Assembly: GCA_047947115.1 (NCBI GenBank)
Contig: CP170459.1
Coordinates: 1,376,001-1,440,000 of the forward strand
Source: Verrucomicrobiota bacterium
GTDB taxonomy: Bacteria; Verrucomicrobiota; Verrucomicrobiia; Limisphaerales; AAA164-E04
Length of the DNA stretch: 64,000 bases
Direction: 5' to 3'
Part shown: in pieces, positions 9,474 through 19,607 of the stretch
How the letters are laid out: every line of letters starts with the position of its first letter
Position numbering within the stretch: the first letter of the stretch is position 1
Position numbers and translations under genes: made by a program
The notes under the pieces: model-generated
What the model was told of the DNA's origin: nothing
Seen by the model: only the letters and a program-made list of their open reading frames with translations
Database searches by the model: none

Positions 9474-10874
9474 ATGGCACTTGGTAAACGGAAAACGAAA
9501 CAGCAAGAACTGTTCATTGCCTCCAATCAGATTCCCAAAACGCCGGCTCACCCGTTTTACTCCAAATTCAATCAGGTTTTTGATGAGTGCGGATTTGATG
9601 CTTATGTTGAAGAGTTGTGTGCCACGTTTTACAAGAATTTTGGTAGGCCAGGCATTGCGCCCGGAATTTATTTCCGAATGATTTTCATCGGTTACTTTGA
9701 AGGGCTCAACAGTCAACGAGGTATCGCATGGAGATGTCATGACAGCCTTTGCCTGCGTGAATTTCTCGGCATCAGTTTGACGGAGAAAACTCCTGTTCAC
9801 GCATCGATGACAATTATCCGTCAACGCTTGTCCGATGAAGTGTTTCACAAGGTTTTCCATTTTGTCCTTGAACAACTCAAAGAGAAAAAGCTTTTGAAGG
9901 GAAAAACTCTTGGTGTCGATGCTACCACCCTGGAAGCCAATGCAGCCATGCGTAGCATCGTGCGCAAAGGCACAGGTGAGGATTGGAAAGAATACCTTCG
10001 TGAACTGGCCAAAGAAGAAGGCATTGAAAATCCGAGTGATGAGGACATTCAGCGCATCGCCCGAGGGCGCAAGGGGAAGAAAGTTTCCAACAAAGAATGG
10101 CAAAGCAAGTCAGATCCGGACAGCCGCATTACCAAGTTGAAAGATGGGCGCACATATCTTGCATATAAGGCTGAACATTCGGTGGACTTGGAAACCGAGG
10201 CAATTGTTTCTTGTCATGTCACTCATGCAGATCAAGGCGATACAACCACGGGGCCTGAGAGCCTCATCTTGGCTGAAGCCAATCTACAGTTAATCGAATC
10301 AGAAAGGACCGTTGAAGAAGCGGTGATGGACAAGGGATATCACAGCAACGCATTGTTGGAACGGCTCACGCAGTGGGGTATCCGCACATACATTCCAGAG
10401 AAGAAGCAAAAGAAGCGTAAGTGGGTGGACAAACCGGAATCCTACGAACACGCATTCCGCGGTAATCGACGAAGAGTTCGGAGTGACAAGGGTAAGCGAC
10501 TGAGTCGAAAACGAAGCGAACTTGTGGAGCGAACATTTGCTCATGTGTGCGAAACCGGAGCTGGACGTCGAACCTGGCTCCAGGGAATGGAAAATGTCAC
10601 CAAGATTCACACACTGAAGTGCGCAGCATTCAACCTCGGATTGCTGATACGGAAAATCTTTGGCCTCGCCAAGCCAAGAAACTGGGAAGCGAGCCTCGCT
10701 ACCGCTTTGGCGGCCGTTTTTTTCATGATTTTTGGCGAATGGATGACTCAGGGGGCGATAAGAATGGCTCCCGCCGACCTTTTACTGATTTCCACCATTT
10801 TATTATGCAGCTTGATGAAATCGAAGCGGGACGAGATTCGGATCATTCTGTTTTACAAAATTAGCACTTATTAA
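9474..10874 (+). CDS. DDE transposase (IS1182/IS5-like), 466 aa, copy 2
   Basis: Near-identical to 633-2033. Confidence 0.88.
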   Translation: MALGKRKTKQQELFIASNQIPKTPAHPFYSKFNQVFDECGFDAYVEELCATFYKNFGRPGIAPGIYFRMIFIGYFEGLNSQRGIAWRCHDSLCLREFLGISLTEKTPVHASMTIIRQRLSDEVFHKVFHFVLEQLKEKKLLKGKTLGVDATTLEANAAMRSIVRKGTGEDWKEYLRELAKEEGIENPSDEDIQRIARGRKGKKVSNKEWQSKSDPDSRITKLKDGRTYLAYKAEHSVDLETEAIVSCHVTHADQGDTTTGPESLILAEANLQLIESERTVEEAVMDKGYHSNALLERLTQWGIRTYIPEKKQKKRKWVDKPESYEHAFRGNRRRVRSDKGKRLSRKRSELVERTFAHVCETGAGRRTWLQGMENVTKIHTLKCAAFNLGLLIRKIFGLAKPRNWEASLATALAAVFFMIFGEWMTQGAIRMAPADLLLISTILLCSLMKSKRDEIRIILFYKISTY

Positions 10875-10887
10875 ACGGGCTGTTAAA

Positions 10888-12104
10888 GTGTGCCGTGAAA
10901 AGGTGCGAACCTCCAGTGGGAGAGGAAACTAATCTCCCCCGGCAACTTTCGCTCCAACCGGTAGCAGTCGAGGCAGACGTGGAAGCAATGAAGCGGCTGA
11001 AGCCCTGGGTGTAAAAGGCCCGAATTTAGTTGTGGGTCAGCGAGCGAGCAGGCCGTAGTACGAATGAACACTGAGCAAGTCCCAAATCCAGACAGATGCG
11101 AATGCCGACCTAGCTTTAAGATAGGGAAGGTTGCCATTGCGTGGGAAGTGAGCGAAAACCGCACCACGCAAGTTCGCCGGGGCATTGGTGACGGCATGTT
11201 CGTGAAAGGAGATTCGTCGCAACACGGGACGTCCCATTATGTGGCCCTAGAAGCCATCTCATAAATAAATATTGTACTTATAACGATAAAGTATAGTGGT
11301 TATGGATGGACTTGAGCGAAGTACAATGGAACATCGTTAAAGACATCTTACCAGTAGACCCTGTAAGGGAAGATCGACGCTGTCGTCCTTGGAGTGACAG
11401 ACGGAAAATACTGAATGGAATCCTTTGGATTTTGTGAACCGGTGCGCCATGGAAAGACATGCCTCCACGGTATAGAACTTATCAAACCGTTCATCGTCGG
11501 TTTCAAAACTGGGTTCAGGATGGAGTCCTCGAAAAACTCCTTTTTGCCATCGCCAAAGATCTGCAGGAACGAGGCGGTTTGGATCTCAGTGAATGTTTCA
11601 AAGACGGCACTTTCGTGCCGGCCAAAAAGGGGGTACCTCGTCGGCAAAACAAAGCGAGGCAAGGGCAGCAAGATCATGGCAATTGCAGACGGCGCTGGTC
11701 TTCCTGTCGCCATATGCGCAGCCAGTGCTTCGCCAGCTGAAGTAACGCTGGTTCAGTATACCATAGAGCATAGAGTCGTAGAGGATACACCTGAAAAACT
11801 GATCGGGGACAAAACCTATGATAGTGATCCATTGGATCAAGGAATTGAGGAAATATTCGGAACTGAAATGATAGCGCCAAATCGTCGAGGGCGGAAAAAA
11901 TCCAATCAAACACAGGACGGTCGTAAACTGAGGCGATACAAACGACGATGGAAAGTCGAACGTCTGTTTGCTTGGCTCTTCAACTTCAGGCGACTGGTTG
12001 TACGTTACGAATACGATGCTGTAGATTTCATCGGGTTCATCCACCTTGCCTGTGCGATGATACTAATGAGGCATTTATGAGATAGCTTCTAACAAAGGAC
12101 CACC
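10888..12104 (+). mobile_element. 5' fragment (domain I region) of a second group II intron copy, interrupted by an IS at 11248-12091 and truncated
   Basis: GTGTGCCGTGAAAAGG start; 10888-11247 highly similar to 32-392; same EBS1 at 11115-11120; ACAAAGG resumes after the IS. Confidence 0.88.
11248..12091 (+). mobile_element. IS5-family (IS427-like, two-ORF) element with an inactivated transposase
   Basis: IRs TAGAAGCCATCTCATAAAT / ATTTATGAGATAGCTTCTA; orfA from 11306 has a premature TGA at 11435; AAAAAGGGGG frameshift motif at 11624-11633; orfB has GDKTYD and [11 protein letters not shown]. Confidence 0.88.
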
Positions 12105-12755
12105 CTCCAAAGTGTCGGAACGCATTTTCCAGACATCGGATGAAAGCATCAGTAATCTGTCGCCACACATCTTTACTGTATGCCTTTCTGGAATGACTGA
12201 GAACAATCCGGAACAGGTGAGGACGCTTTCGCTTTCCTTCGACATAAGTCCAGGCACCCTGCCCAAAATCCACCTGAGCTTCCTCTCTCGGGTCGCATTC
12301 CATGCGCCGGAACGGCAGCTCTGTGGTTTGGTTAAGGCGTTGGACAAAGCGTTTAACCGAATCATAACTCCCCTGGAAAGCATGTTCACTGACCAAGTCC
12401 TGGTAAATCCTCTGTGCCTTCAGGCCTTGCTTTAACCATTGGAGGATCTGTTCACCAAAGGGTTCACACTCACTACGGCGACCTGTTGAGCCGTGGGGCG
12501 AAATGGCTGCATTTGGAGGAGGCGAAGCCAGATAACGGCTGACGGTTCCTCGGTCGATCTCCAATTTACGGGCAATCTCCCGCATGGAGAGGCCCTGTTC
12601 ATGTAATACGCGTATGGAATGTTGCTTGTGAACTTTGAGTTGATTCATCGCCCTCTGGAAAACCTTTGTGGCCCTCCAAAAGCAACGATTTTATCACCTC
12701 AAAGTGGCTGCATTTGATTCGTCCCTAGGTGGCTGTATTTGACCGCCCGCTGACA
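12100..12755 (-). mobile_element. istA: IS21-family left end with truncated istA
   Basis: End TGTCAGCGGGCGGTCAAA at 12755; HTH SMREIARKLEIDRGTVSRY, SYDSVKRF, EAQVDFG, LSHSRK, AFRHFGG, then breaks off. Confidence 0.85.
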
Positions 12756-12864
12756 CCACGACTGCAGCAGCTGGATTTGGACCGCTAAGAATAGCGGCAG
12801 TGAAGGAATCAGGGTGAGCATCAAAACCGATCACCCGAGAAGTATTTATTGCATCATTGATCAT
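12756..12864 (-). pseudogene. N-terminal 36 codons of an IS110-family recombinase, cut by the IS21 end
   Basis: MINDAINTSRVIGFDAHPDSFTAAIL resembles the first strand of the RuvC-like DEDD domain (IG-x-D-x-H). Confidence 0.65.
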
Positions 12865-12878
12865 AGTCAGTGAGAGTA

Positions 12879-13080
12879 TGCAGGCAGACTGAAAGCTGGC
12901 AGGCGAATACATGCACTCAGGTATGCGGGGCGGTCCCCATGTAGGTGCTTTTCGCCATCACTCATTCTCAGAAACGGAGATAAAACTCCAAGCGAACTCT
13001 ACGAGTGTATCCAGCACGGCCACCTGCGGTTTAGCCTACCAACAGGTCCTGAGGGTGCCAGTCTTTCAGTCTTACTTGCA
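12879..13080 (-). ncRNA. Candidate IS110 bridge RNA in the non-coding left end
   Basis: Long closing stem 12880-12901 / 13056-13079 enclosing three hairpins, two with large internal loops; lies directly upstream of the IS110-like start codon. Confidence 0.55.
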
Positions 13081-13133
13081 ACTATTGTTGCTATCCGAGT
13101 GTGCAGGGCGCCCCGATGACAAACAACATACCC

Positions 13134-13442
13134 TCACAGAGAGGAAGCAGGGGAGTTGATGGTTTATTTTGAACAGTTCTGTCGAACCGCTCAAAATAAA
13201 CTATCAAACTATCAGTCCCGCAGGGGCAATGCTGCTTCTTAGCGATTACGTTCGCCCTTACTGAGGGTTTAATCGAATGCGTATGTTTTGCTCTCCGTAA
13301 ATTCAGTTAACTTTCGAAACATTTTCAGTGGGGGGGCTTTTGATTTCTTTGCTATTTCACGGAAATCGTAAAGAAATCAAAAACTCCTTTCTCCTCTGTG
13401 GCCCTCTGTGCTCTCAAGTGAGGGACCGAACGGGTGGTGGAA
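13134..13442 (+). repeat. Hairpin repeat element copy A (left arm truncated)
   Basis: CACAGAGAGG remnant, 52-nt hairpin 13156-13207, second hairpin, right arm CTCAAGTGAGGGACCGAACGGGTGGT. Confidence 0.8.
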
Positions 13443-13469
13443 AAACGTATCAGTGACGATCCGTTCTAC

Positions 13470-15569
13470 CTATTGATCTCCCGCGGTCACCATTTTGATC
13501 GCGCAGAGGATCACGAAGAGGTGCATGATGGATACGACTTGTAGAGGAAAATCGAATAGGGCGTGGAGGAGGCAGCCTGCGATGGCGAGGTTGAGACCGA
13601 TGCGGAGCCAGCCGGCGCTTATCAATCCGGTCTGAGATTTTAAAGGCAGCAGGGTTAATCCCACTAGCATTAGGCCAGGGATGGCTCCGAACAGGCCGAA
13701 AGTGATCCAGTATTCGAGCCAGTCACAGTGAACCCAGGCATCCCATACTTCGTCTGCGTCATGATAAAGGAAATAGACGGTGGACCAGGCACCGGATCCG
13801 CAGCCCAGCCACCGGAAGTCTTTAGCCATGCGCCAGGAATCTTCGTAGATGCGGTCGCGGGAGCTTGACAGTGATGCGAGTGCGGTCAAACTCCATTTTC
13901 TCGTTAAATCAATTGTGACGGTTTGTTGAGAGATCTTAGATTCACTTTCCTTATTAGCGATAGGTTGTATGCTGAATAAGCGGCCTTCGAGGTCCGGTTC
14001 GCCGGTCTTGATGGTCGCTGTTTTGTTTACATAGACCTCGTTGGGGATGATGGGGTGATCCCATGTGGGGGGAGTTGGGCCTGATCTTTTTTCGATGCCT
14101 TCAAGTGTTGTATCATTTACTTGGACCGATAAGCCTTCTGCTCCACGTACTACCTTCAGGTTTAGAAACCCCGTTTCGAGATACTCGATCAAGTTAGTGA
14201 ACGTGGTGTTGACGTGGCTTTTTGTTTTGGCGTTGTAGAGTAGGATCCTCAGATTTCCATTCTTGTAAAGGATTGAGTTTAGATATCCTTTTCGGAACTT
14301 GCCGTTTTGAGAATCTGTGATGAGGAATAGTTGAAGGTTTCGATCATAGGGAGGAGGTGGCAGTTGGCATTCACAGGTGATAGTTTCGGCGGTGCTCGCT
14401 TGTTCTATCTGTGTTTCGTGCCATGGATTCTGGGAATTTAATCGTTTTAAGAGTGGTTCCCAGCCAATGTAATAGGATAAACCAATTCCTGCTACCATGA
14501 GGACGGCAAATCCCATGCGTTGGCGTCCTTTGAGGAGGTGGGGTTTGATCAGGATGAGGGCGATGCCTGCGGCCAGTAAGAATCCCAGTATGACAAATCC
14601 GCCACGACTTAGGGAAACGAAAGGAGCCGCTACCATCATGCAGACGGCGGGGATCAGGGTGAAATGTGATTCGCTTCCTTTGCTTCCGGTTTGCATGCGG
14701 ATGGAGCGTGCTCTCTGGATGGCCCACATCAGGAAACCAATACAGATCGGCAGAACCATGTTGAGGTAGGTGGCCCCATTGCCTCGGTAACCAAAGGGGC
14801 CAAAGCTTTGTGTGGAAGTGCCAAATCGCGGACGTTCATAGAGCCAGAGGAGCTTTGGGGTGCCGTCCAGGCGCTGAACGATGCCAATCAGTGCGAGACA
14901 TCCACCGCTGATGCACAGAAGCCAGAGTAGCCGGTTCAGGCGGATAGGGATGGATGGAGCTGAAAGGTCTTTATCAAAATACGGATTTGATTCTTCGTCC
15001 GGTTCACTTGAGTCCGTGCGTTCTTTCCTGGTTTTACCGAGGAGCCAATCCCGGAAACCCCAAAAGCAGCAGGCCAATCCCAGAAAATTCAGAAAACTCT
15101 GGATGGTGGCGGATTTGTCGTAGGTGTGGGGGAGCCATTGGATGTAGTTTTCATTGTAGTTTTCGAAAAAATTGAATTCGTGGTTGAAGGTGGCTCGGAC
15201 GTTTAGAATGGATATGAGGATGTAGCCTAACATGTAAATTGTCAGTGCGGCGACGGCCTTGGTGCGCCAGTCTCTCTTTTGAGGGTGGGTGGTGCTTTGG
15301 CCGTTTTTTTGTGTCGTCCAGCGGGGTGGGTAGTAGCCGGTTGTATAGCGGATAGCCCATTTGGTCAGGAGGAGTGCACCTATTCCGTAGTTAGCAAGGT
15401 TCATCGTCAGGATGGCCCAGTCGTGGACGGTGCCGAATGCCCAGGGGCCCCAGAGGATGGTGAAATAGATCAGTGCTTCTGTGGCAATGTCCGCCCAGCG
15501 GTAGAGTTTGGGGGTGCGGCTGTGTGTGCGGTGCGGGCGCTTTTTGGAACCTGTGTTGGAAATGTTCAT
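13470..15569 (-). CDS. O-antigen ligase (Wzy_C) family membrane protein, 699 aa
   Basis: Many hydrophobic segments, FGPFGYRGN, SLSRGG, GCGSG, VHCDWLE, LLHALFDFP. Confidence 0.85.
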   Translation of the reverse strand: MNISNTGSKKRPHRTHSRTPKLYRWADIATEALIYFTILWGPWAFGTVHDWAILTMNLANYGIGALLLTKWAIRYTTGYYPPRWTTQKNGQSTTHPQKRDWRTKAVAALTIYMLGYILISILNVRATFNHEFNFFENYNENYIQWLPHTYDKSATIQSFLNFLGLACCFWGFRDWLLGKTRKERTDSSEPDEESNPYFDKDLSAPSIPIRLNRLLWLLCISGGCLALIGIVQRLDGTPKLLWLYERPRFGTSTQSFGPFGYRGNGATYLNMVLPICIGFLMWAIQRARSIRMQTGSKGSESHFTLIPAVCMMVAAPFVSLSRGGFVILGFLLAAGIALILIKPHLLKGRQRMGFAVLMVAGIGLSYYIGWEPLLKRLNSQNPWHETQIEQASTAETITCECQLPPPPYDRNLQLFLITDSQNGKFRKGYLNSILYKNGNLRILLYNAKTKSHVNTTFTNLIEYLETGFLNLKVVRGAEGLSVQVNDTTLEGIEKRSGPTPPTWDHPIIPNEVYVNKTATIKTGEPDLEGRLFSIQPIANKESESKISQQTVTIDLTRKWSLTALASLSSSRDRIYEDSWRMAKDFRWLGCGSGAWSTVYFLYHDADEVWDAWVHCDWLEYWITFGLFGAIPGLMLVGLTLLPLKSQTGLISAGWLRIGLNLAIAGCLLHALFDFPLQVVSIMHLFVILCAIKMVTAGDQ

Positions 15570-15581
15570 GAGGTTTGCTTA

Positions 15582-15730
15582 TTCACCACCCGTCCCGCAT
15601 TCGCGGGACTAGAGGACACAGAGGTTCGAGAGAGGTTAAAGAAGTAAGTTAGGGCAAGAGTTGATGGTTTTATTACGGGATGTTCAACAGAACATCCCGT
15701 AATAAAACCACAAGCTACCAATCCTGCGGA
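15582..15730 (+). repeat. Hairpin repeat element copy B (left arm + hairpin)
   Basis: TTCACCACCCGT...AGAGGACACAGAG, hairpin 15661-15713, CCTGCGG tail. Confidence 0.8.
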
Positions 15731-15880
15731 GAGTAGGTCCTTATAGGAGTATGCTGTGGTAAATGCGGGAGGCATTGTTATTGTTTGGTTGAGCATGTGC
15801 CGTGTTTGTTTTGGTGATCTGTTTCCGAGTATCATCTTGGTCGTGATTGAAATGTCAATCTTCTGTGGATGTGAGTTTAT

Positions 15881-16235
15881 TAACCACCCGTCTTGCTGCG
15901 CGCGACTTGAGGACACAGAGATGGAGGAGAGGAGTTGAAGAATCATTTCAGCGCGTTCTCCAAACGAACTGAAATGATTCTTCAAACCATCGGCCTTGCA
16001 GGCGGCAATAATGATTCACAACCGGTATGATAATTTTATGTGAAAGAAATGTCTTGAAGACTCCCAATGCCCTCTGAAACGAGTGTAACCCCATCAGCAA
16101 TCGAATTCTTTTAAGTGTGATACTTTTTGGTTTACTTTGTTATGACGATCATGAATAGCCAAGAAAACCAAAAGCCTTTTCTTAAATCTCTTTGGCCCTC
16201 TGTGTTCTCAAGTGAGGGACCGAACGGGTGGTGAA
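15881..16235 (+). repeat. Hairpin repeat element copy C (complete)
   Basis: Left arm ACCACCCGTCTTGCTGCGCGCGAC, hairpin 15935-15985, right arm ending ACGGGTGGTGAA. Confidence 0.82.
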
Positions 16236-16336
16236 AAATGAACGAGCACGCCGTCTCCACGAGTCTGACGTGATGTAAATGGTCTGAAACGAGTCTTGAG
16301 GCATGTCGGCCTTCTGGCATAGCATCTTGAGTGACA

Positions 16337-18475
16337 ATGTTACAAATTCTGCAGAACATAAAGACTGGTGAAACGATGTTGGCCGAGGTGCCTGCGCCTA
16401 TGGTGCGGTCGGGGTCTCTTTTGATCGCCACGCATTCCAGTCTTGTTTCTGCTGGGACGGAGCGGATGTTGGTGGATTTCGGTAAGTCGGGGTGGATTCA
16501 GAAGGCTCGGAGTCAACCCGATAAGGTCCGGGCGGTGATTGATAAGATCAAGGTAGATGGGCTGAAGCCGACTCTTCAAGCGGTTCAGTCCAAGTTGGAT
16601 CAACCTTTACCAATGGGGTATTGTAATGTCGGATCTGTCCTTGAGGTGGGGAATGGTGTTCCACCGGCCGAGTTTGCTGTGGGGGATCGGGTGGTTTCGA
16701 ATGGGCATCATGCGGAGATGGTTTGTGTTCCCAAAAACCTCTGTTGCAAGGTGCCTGATGGTGTCAGTGATGAAGAGGCCGCTTTTACGGTTGTTGGGGC
16801 GATCGGATTGCAGGGCATTCGATTGTTGCAGCCCACTTTGGGGGAGTCGGTGGTTGTCACTGGATTGGGATTGATCGGATTGCTTTGTGTTCAGATGCTG
16901 CGCGCCAATGGGTGTCGGGTGCTTGGAATTGATTTTGATTCTTCAAAGTGTGCCTTGGCGCAGGCTTTTGGAGCTGAAACGGTGGATTTGTCAAAGGGGG
17001 AAGATCCTGTGTCCAAAGCAATGACCTGGACTCGGGGGAGAGGGGTGGATGGAGTTTTGATCACCGCTTCCACAAAAAGTAATGATCCGGTGCATCAGGC
17101 CGCTTTGATGTCCCGTAAACGTGGGCGGATCATTTTGGTCGGAGTGGTTGGATTGGAGCTTTCCCGTGCTGATTTTTATGAGAAGGAACTGAGTTTTCAG
17201 GTAAGTTGCAGTTACGGCCCTGGTCGATATGACGCTCAGTATGAAGAACAAGGGATTGATTACCCTCTGCCCTTTGTTCGTTGGACCGAGCAGCGGAATT
17301 TTGAAGCGTTTCTGGATTTGCTGACTCAAAAGGCTTTGGATCTATCCCCGTTGATCACGCATCGTTTTGAACTGAAGGATGCCTTAAGGGCGTATGAAAC
17401 TGTGGGCAACAAAGAGGGAATTGGTATTGTCATTCAGTACCCTGGAGACAACCGCAAATTGGCGTCCACCAGTCTTGCTCGGTCAATTGACCTGAAAACC
17501 GAGAAGCGTTCGTCCGTTGGCAAGGTTGGTTGTAGTGTCATTGGGGCTGGCAATTTCACGCGCCAAACGTTGTTGCCTGCCTTGGCGCAAACTTCAGCAA
17601 GGCTCCGGACTATTGTTTCAAGCGGAGGGGTGACCGCATCGGATTTGGGTCGTAAATTTAAATTCGAACGCGCCGCCACGGATACCAAGGAAGTGTTCAA
17701 GGATGACGCCACGAACTTGCTGGTCGTCACCACCCGTCATAATACTCACGCGTGTTTTGTGAAGGATGCCATTCAGCTCAACAAGGCTGTATTTGTCGAA
17801 AAACCGTTGTGTTTGAAACGCTCCGAGCTTGAATCAATTGTGGGAGATTACCAAGCGGCAAAAAGTCCCTTCGTCATGGTGGGGTTCAATCGACGCTTCG
17901 CTTCGCTCATCACGTCCATGGCATTACTGATTCAGGCCAGGAGTGAGCCAAAGTCGTTTATTTATACCGTGAACGCCGGGTGCATTCCTCCCGATCATTG
18001 GACACAAGATCCGGAGGTTGGTGGAGGCAGGTTGTTGGGTGAGGGATGCCACTTTATTGATTTGTTAAGATTTTTGGCGGGTAGCAGCATTGGTTCTGCC
18101 AAAGTGTCTTACACCACACCAAATGGGCTGGATACGCAGGATACTTTTTCCATTCAGATATCTTTCGCGGATGGAAGTATTGGAACTGTTCACTACTTTG
18201 CAAATGGATCCAAAAGTTTCCCAAAGGAACGTCTGGAGGTGTTTTGCGGAGGGGGCGTGCTGCAGTTGGATAATTTCCGGACACTGCAGGGGTTTGGTTG
18301 GAAGGGGTTCTCCAAGCAGAAATCTGGAGGTCAGGACAAGGGGCACAACGCTGAATTGAAGGCAGTGGTGGATGCCCTGGAGCAGGGTAAGCAGGCTCCC
18401 ATACCGTTCGATGAGATTGTGGAGGTGACGGATGTTTCCTTGGCGTTGGTGGAGGTAGGGGAATACTTTAGGTAG
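16337..18475 (+). CDS. Bi-domain oxidoreductase (Zn-ADH-like + Gfo/Idh/MocA), typical of polysaccharide loci
   Basis: SLVSAGTE, GLGLIG, SCSYGPGRYD, IGAGNF, VFVEKP, VGFNRRF, GEGCHFID. Confidence 0.9.
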   Translation: MLQILQNIKTGETMLAEVPAPMVRSGSLLIATHSSLVSAGTERMLVDFGKSGWIQKARSQPDKVRAVIDKIKVDGLKPTLQAVQSKLDQPLPMGYCNVGSVLEVGNGVPPAEFAVGDRVVSNGHHAEMVCVPKNLCCKVPDGVSDEEAAFTVVGAIGLQGIRLLQPTLGESVVVTGLGLIGLLCVQMLRANGCRVLGIDFDSSKCALAQAFGAETVDLSKGEDPVSKAMTWTRGRGVDGVLITASTKSNDPVHQAALMSRKRGRIILVGVVGLELSRADFYEKELSFQVSCSYGPGRYDAQYEEQGIDYPLPFVRWTEQRNFEAFLDLLTQKALDLSPLITHRFELKDALRAYETVGNKEGIGIVIQYPGDNRKLASTSLARSIDLKTEKRSSVGKVGCSVIGAGNFTRQTLLPALAQTSARLRTIVSSGGVTASDLGRKFKFERAATDTKEVFKDDATNLLVVTTRHNTHACFVKDAIQLNKAVFVEKPLCLKRSELESIVGDYQAAKSPFVMVGFNRRFASLITSMALLIQARSEPKSFIYTVNAGCIPPDHWTQDPEVGGGRLLGEGCHFIDLLRFLAGSSIGSAKVSYTTPNGLDTQDTFSIQISFADGSIGTVHYFANGSKSFPKERLEVFCGGGVLQLDNFRTLQGFGWKGFSKQKSGGQDKGHNAELKAVVDALEQGKQAPIPFDEIVEVTDVSLALVEVGEYFR

Positions 18476-18498
18476 TTTGGATCGCCCCTGATACATGT

Positions 18499-18637
18499 TT
18501 CACCACCCGTCTTGCTGCGCGCGACTAGAGGACACAGAGATCACAGAGTTTTTTGGGGGGAGGGGAGTTGAGGTTTTATTTTGGGATGTTCGATCGAACA
18601 TCCCAAAATAAAACCTCAAAGTCTCAGCCCTGCGGGC
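18499..18637 (+). repeat. Hairpin repeat element copy D (left arm + hairpin)
   Basis: Left arm; perfect 52-bp palindrome 18568-18619; CAGCCCTGCGGGC tail. Confidence 0.82.
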
Positions 18638-18737
18638 AAGGTAGCTCCGATAGTCTCTGATCGGAAGGTCTCCAATAGCCTAGTGTTTTCTTGAAACAAA
18701 TGGAGGGTGTTCTAGCCTGACTTGGTAAGCTCATTTT

Positions 18738-19007
18738 ATGAAACACAGTCACATGACCAAGAAGAAACATTCGGGGCATGCAGAAAAAGAGAAGACCTAC
18801 GAGACGTCTTTTCGCAGCCATCACGATGTATTATTTGCCAAGCCGGAACATGTGGCGGCAAGTATGCCAACCAAACCATCCAAGCGACTATTGGGGGTGG
18901 ACGAAGGATTGGTGCATTTCTCTGAGGATTGGGATTCAGCTGAGACCAATCAGGAAATTGCCCGGATGTTTGGATTGGATCACTTGGATGATGCCCATAC
19001 CCTGTGA
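18738..19007 (+). pseudogene. Probable antitoxin remnant
   Basis: C-terminal KRLLGVDEGLVHFSEDWD...EIARMF resembles tails of Phd/DUF2281-type antitoxins; no toxin follows. Confidence 0.4.
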
Positions 19008-19607
19008 ATCCTTATGAATTTGCAATGGAAGAGCAACAGGCAATTAAACTCTCAAGGCTTCCCGCGTTCCGGGTTTCTTGCTTAGGGAAGTTTTTAGGTT
19101 GAAGTATGGGTACGGGGTGGCACCCGTCCCTCCGGTTTTGTTACTACAGCAATTAGAATATGTCATTAATTGATATCATCGCAGGGGCCAGACCCAATTT
19201 CATGAAGATTGCACCGATTATTCGGGCGATCAAGCATTCTCAATCGTTGGGTGGAACGTTAGAGTATCGCCTCGTTCATACGGGGCAGCATTACGATGAG
19301 CGGATGTCGGCGAGTTTTTTCAAGCAGTTGGGAATTCCTGATCCGGATATCAATCTCGAGGTGGGATCCGGGACTCAGGCCGAGCAGACGGCGAAGATCA
19401 TGATGCGTTATGAGGCATTGCTTTTGGAGAAGCCATCCAAGCTTTGCCTGGTGGTGGGGGATGTGACGAGCACCATGGCGTGTGCGATAGCGGCTCAAAA
19501 GTTGTGTGTTCCGGTGGCGCATGTGGAGGCGGGGATTCGGTCGGGTGATTGGTCCATGCCCGAGGAAATCAACCGGATGGTGACGGATTCGATCACCAAT
19601 TACTTTT

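Larger units (their letters stand above)
8044..10882 (+). mobile_element. IS1182-like insertion sequence, copy 2 (carries a nested ISL3)
   Basis: Same IRs as copy 1; TTAA duplication at 8040-8043 and 10883-10886. Confidence 0.9.

Noticed and set aside
15566..15985. 139-aa ORF upstream of the ligase gene
   Set aside because: It runs through two copies of the non-coding hairpin repeat
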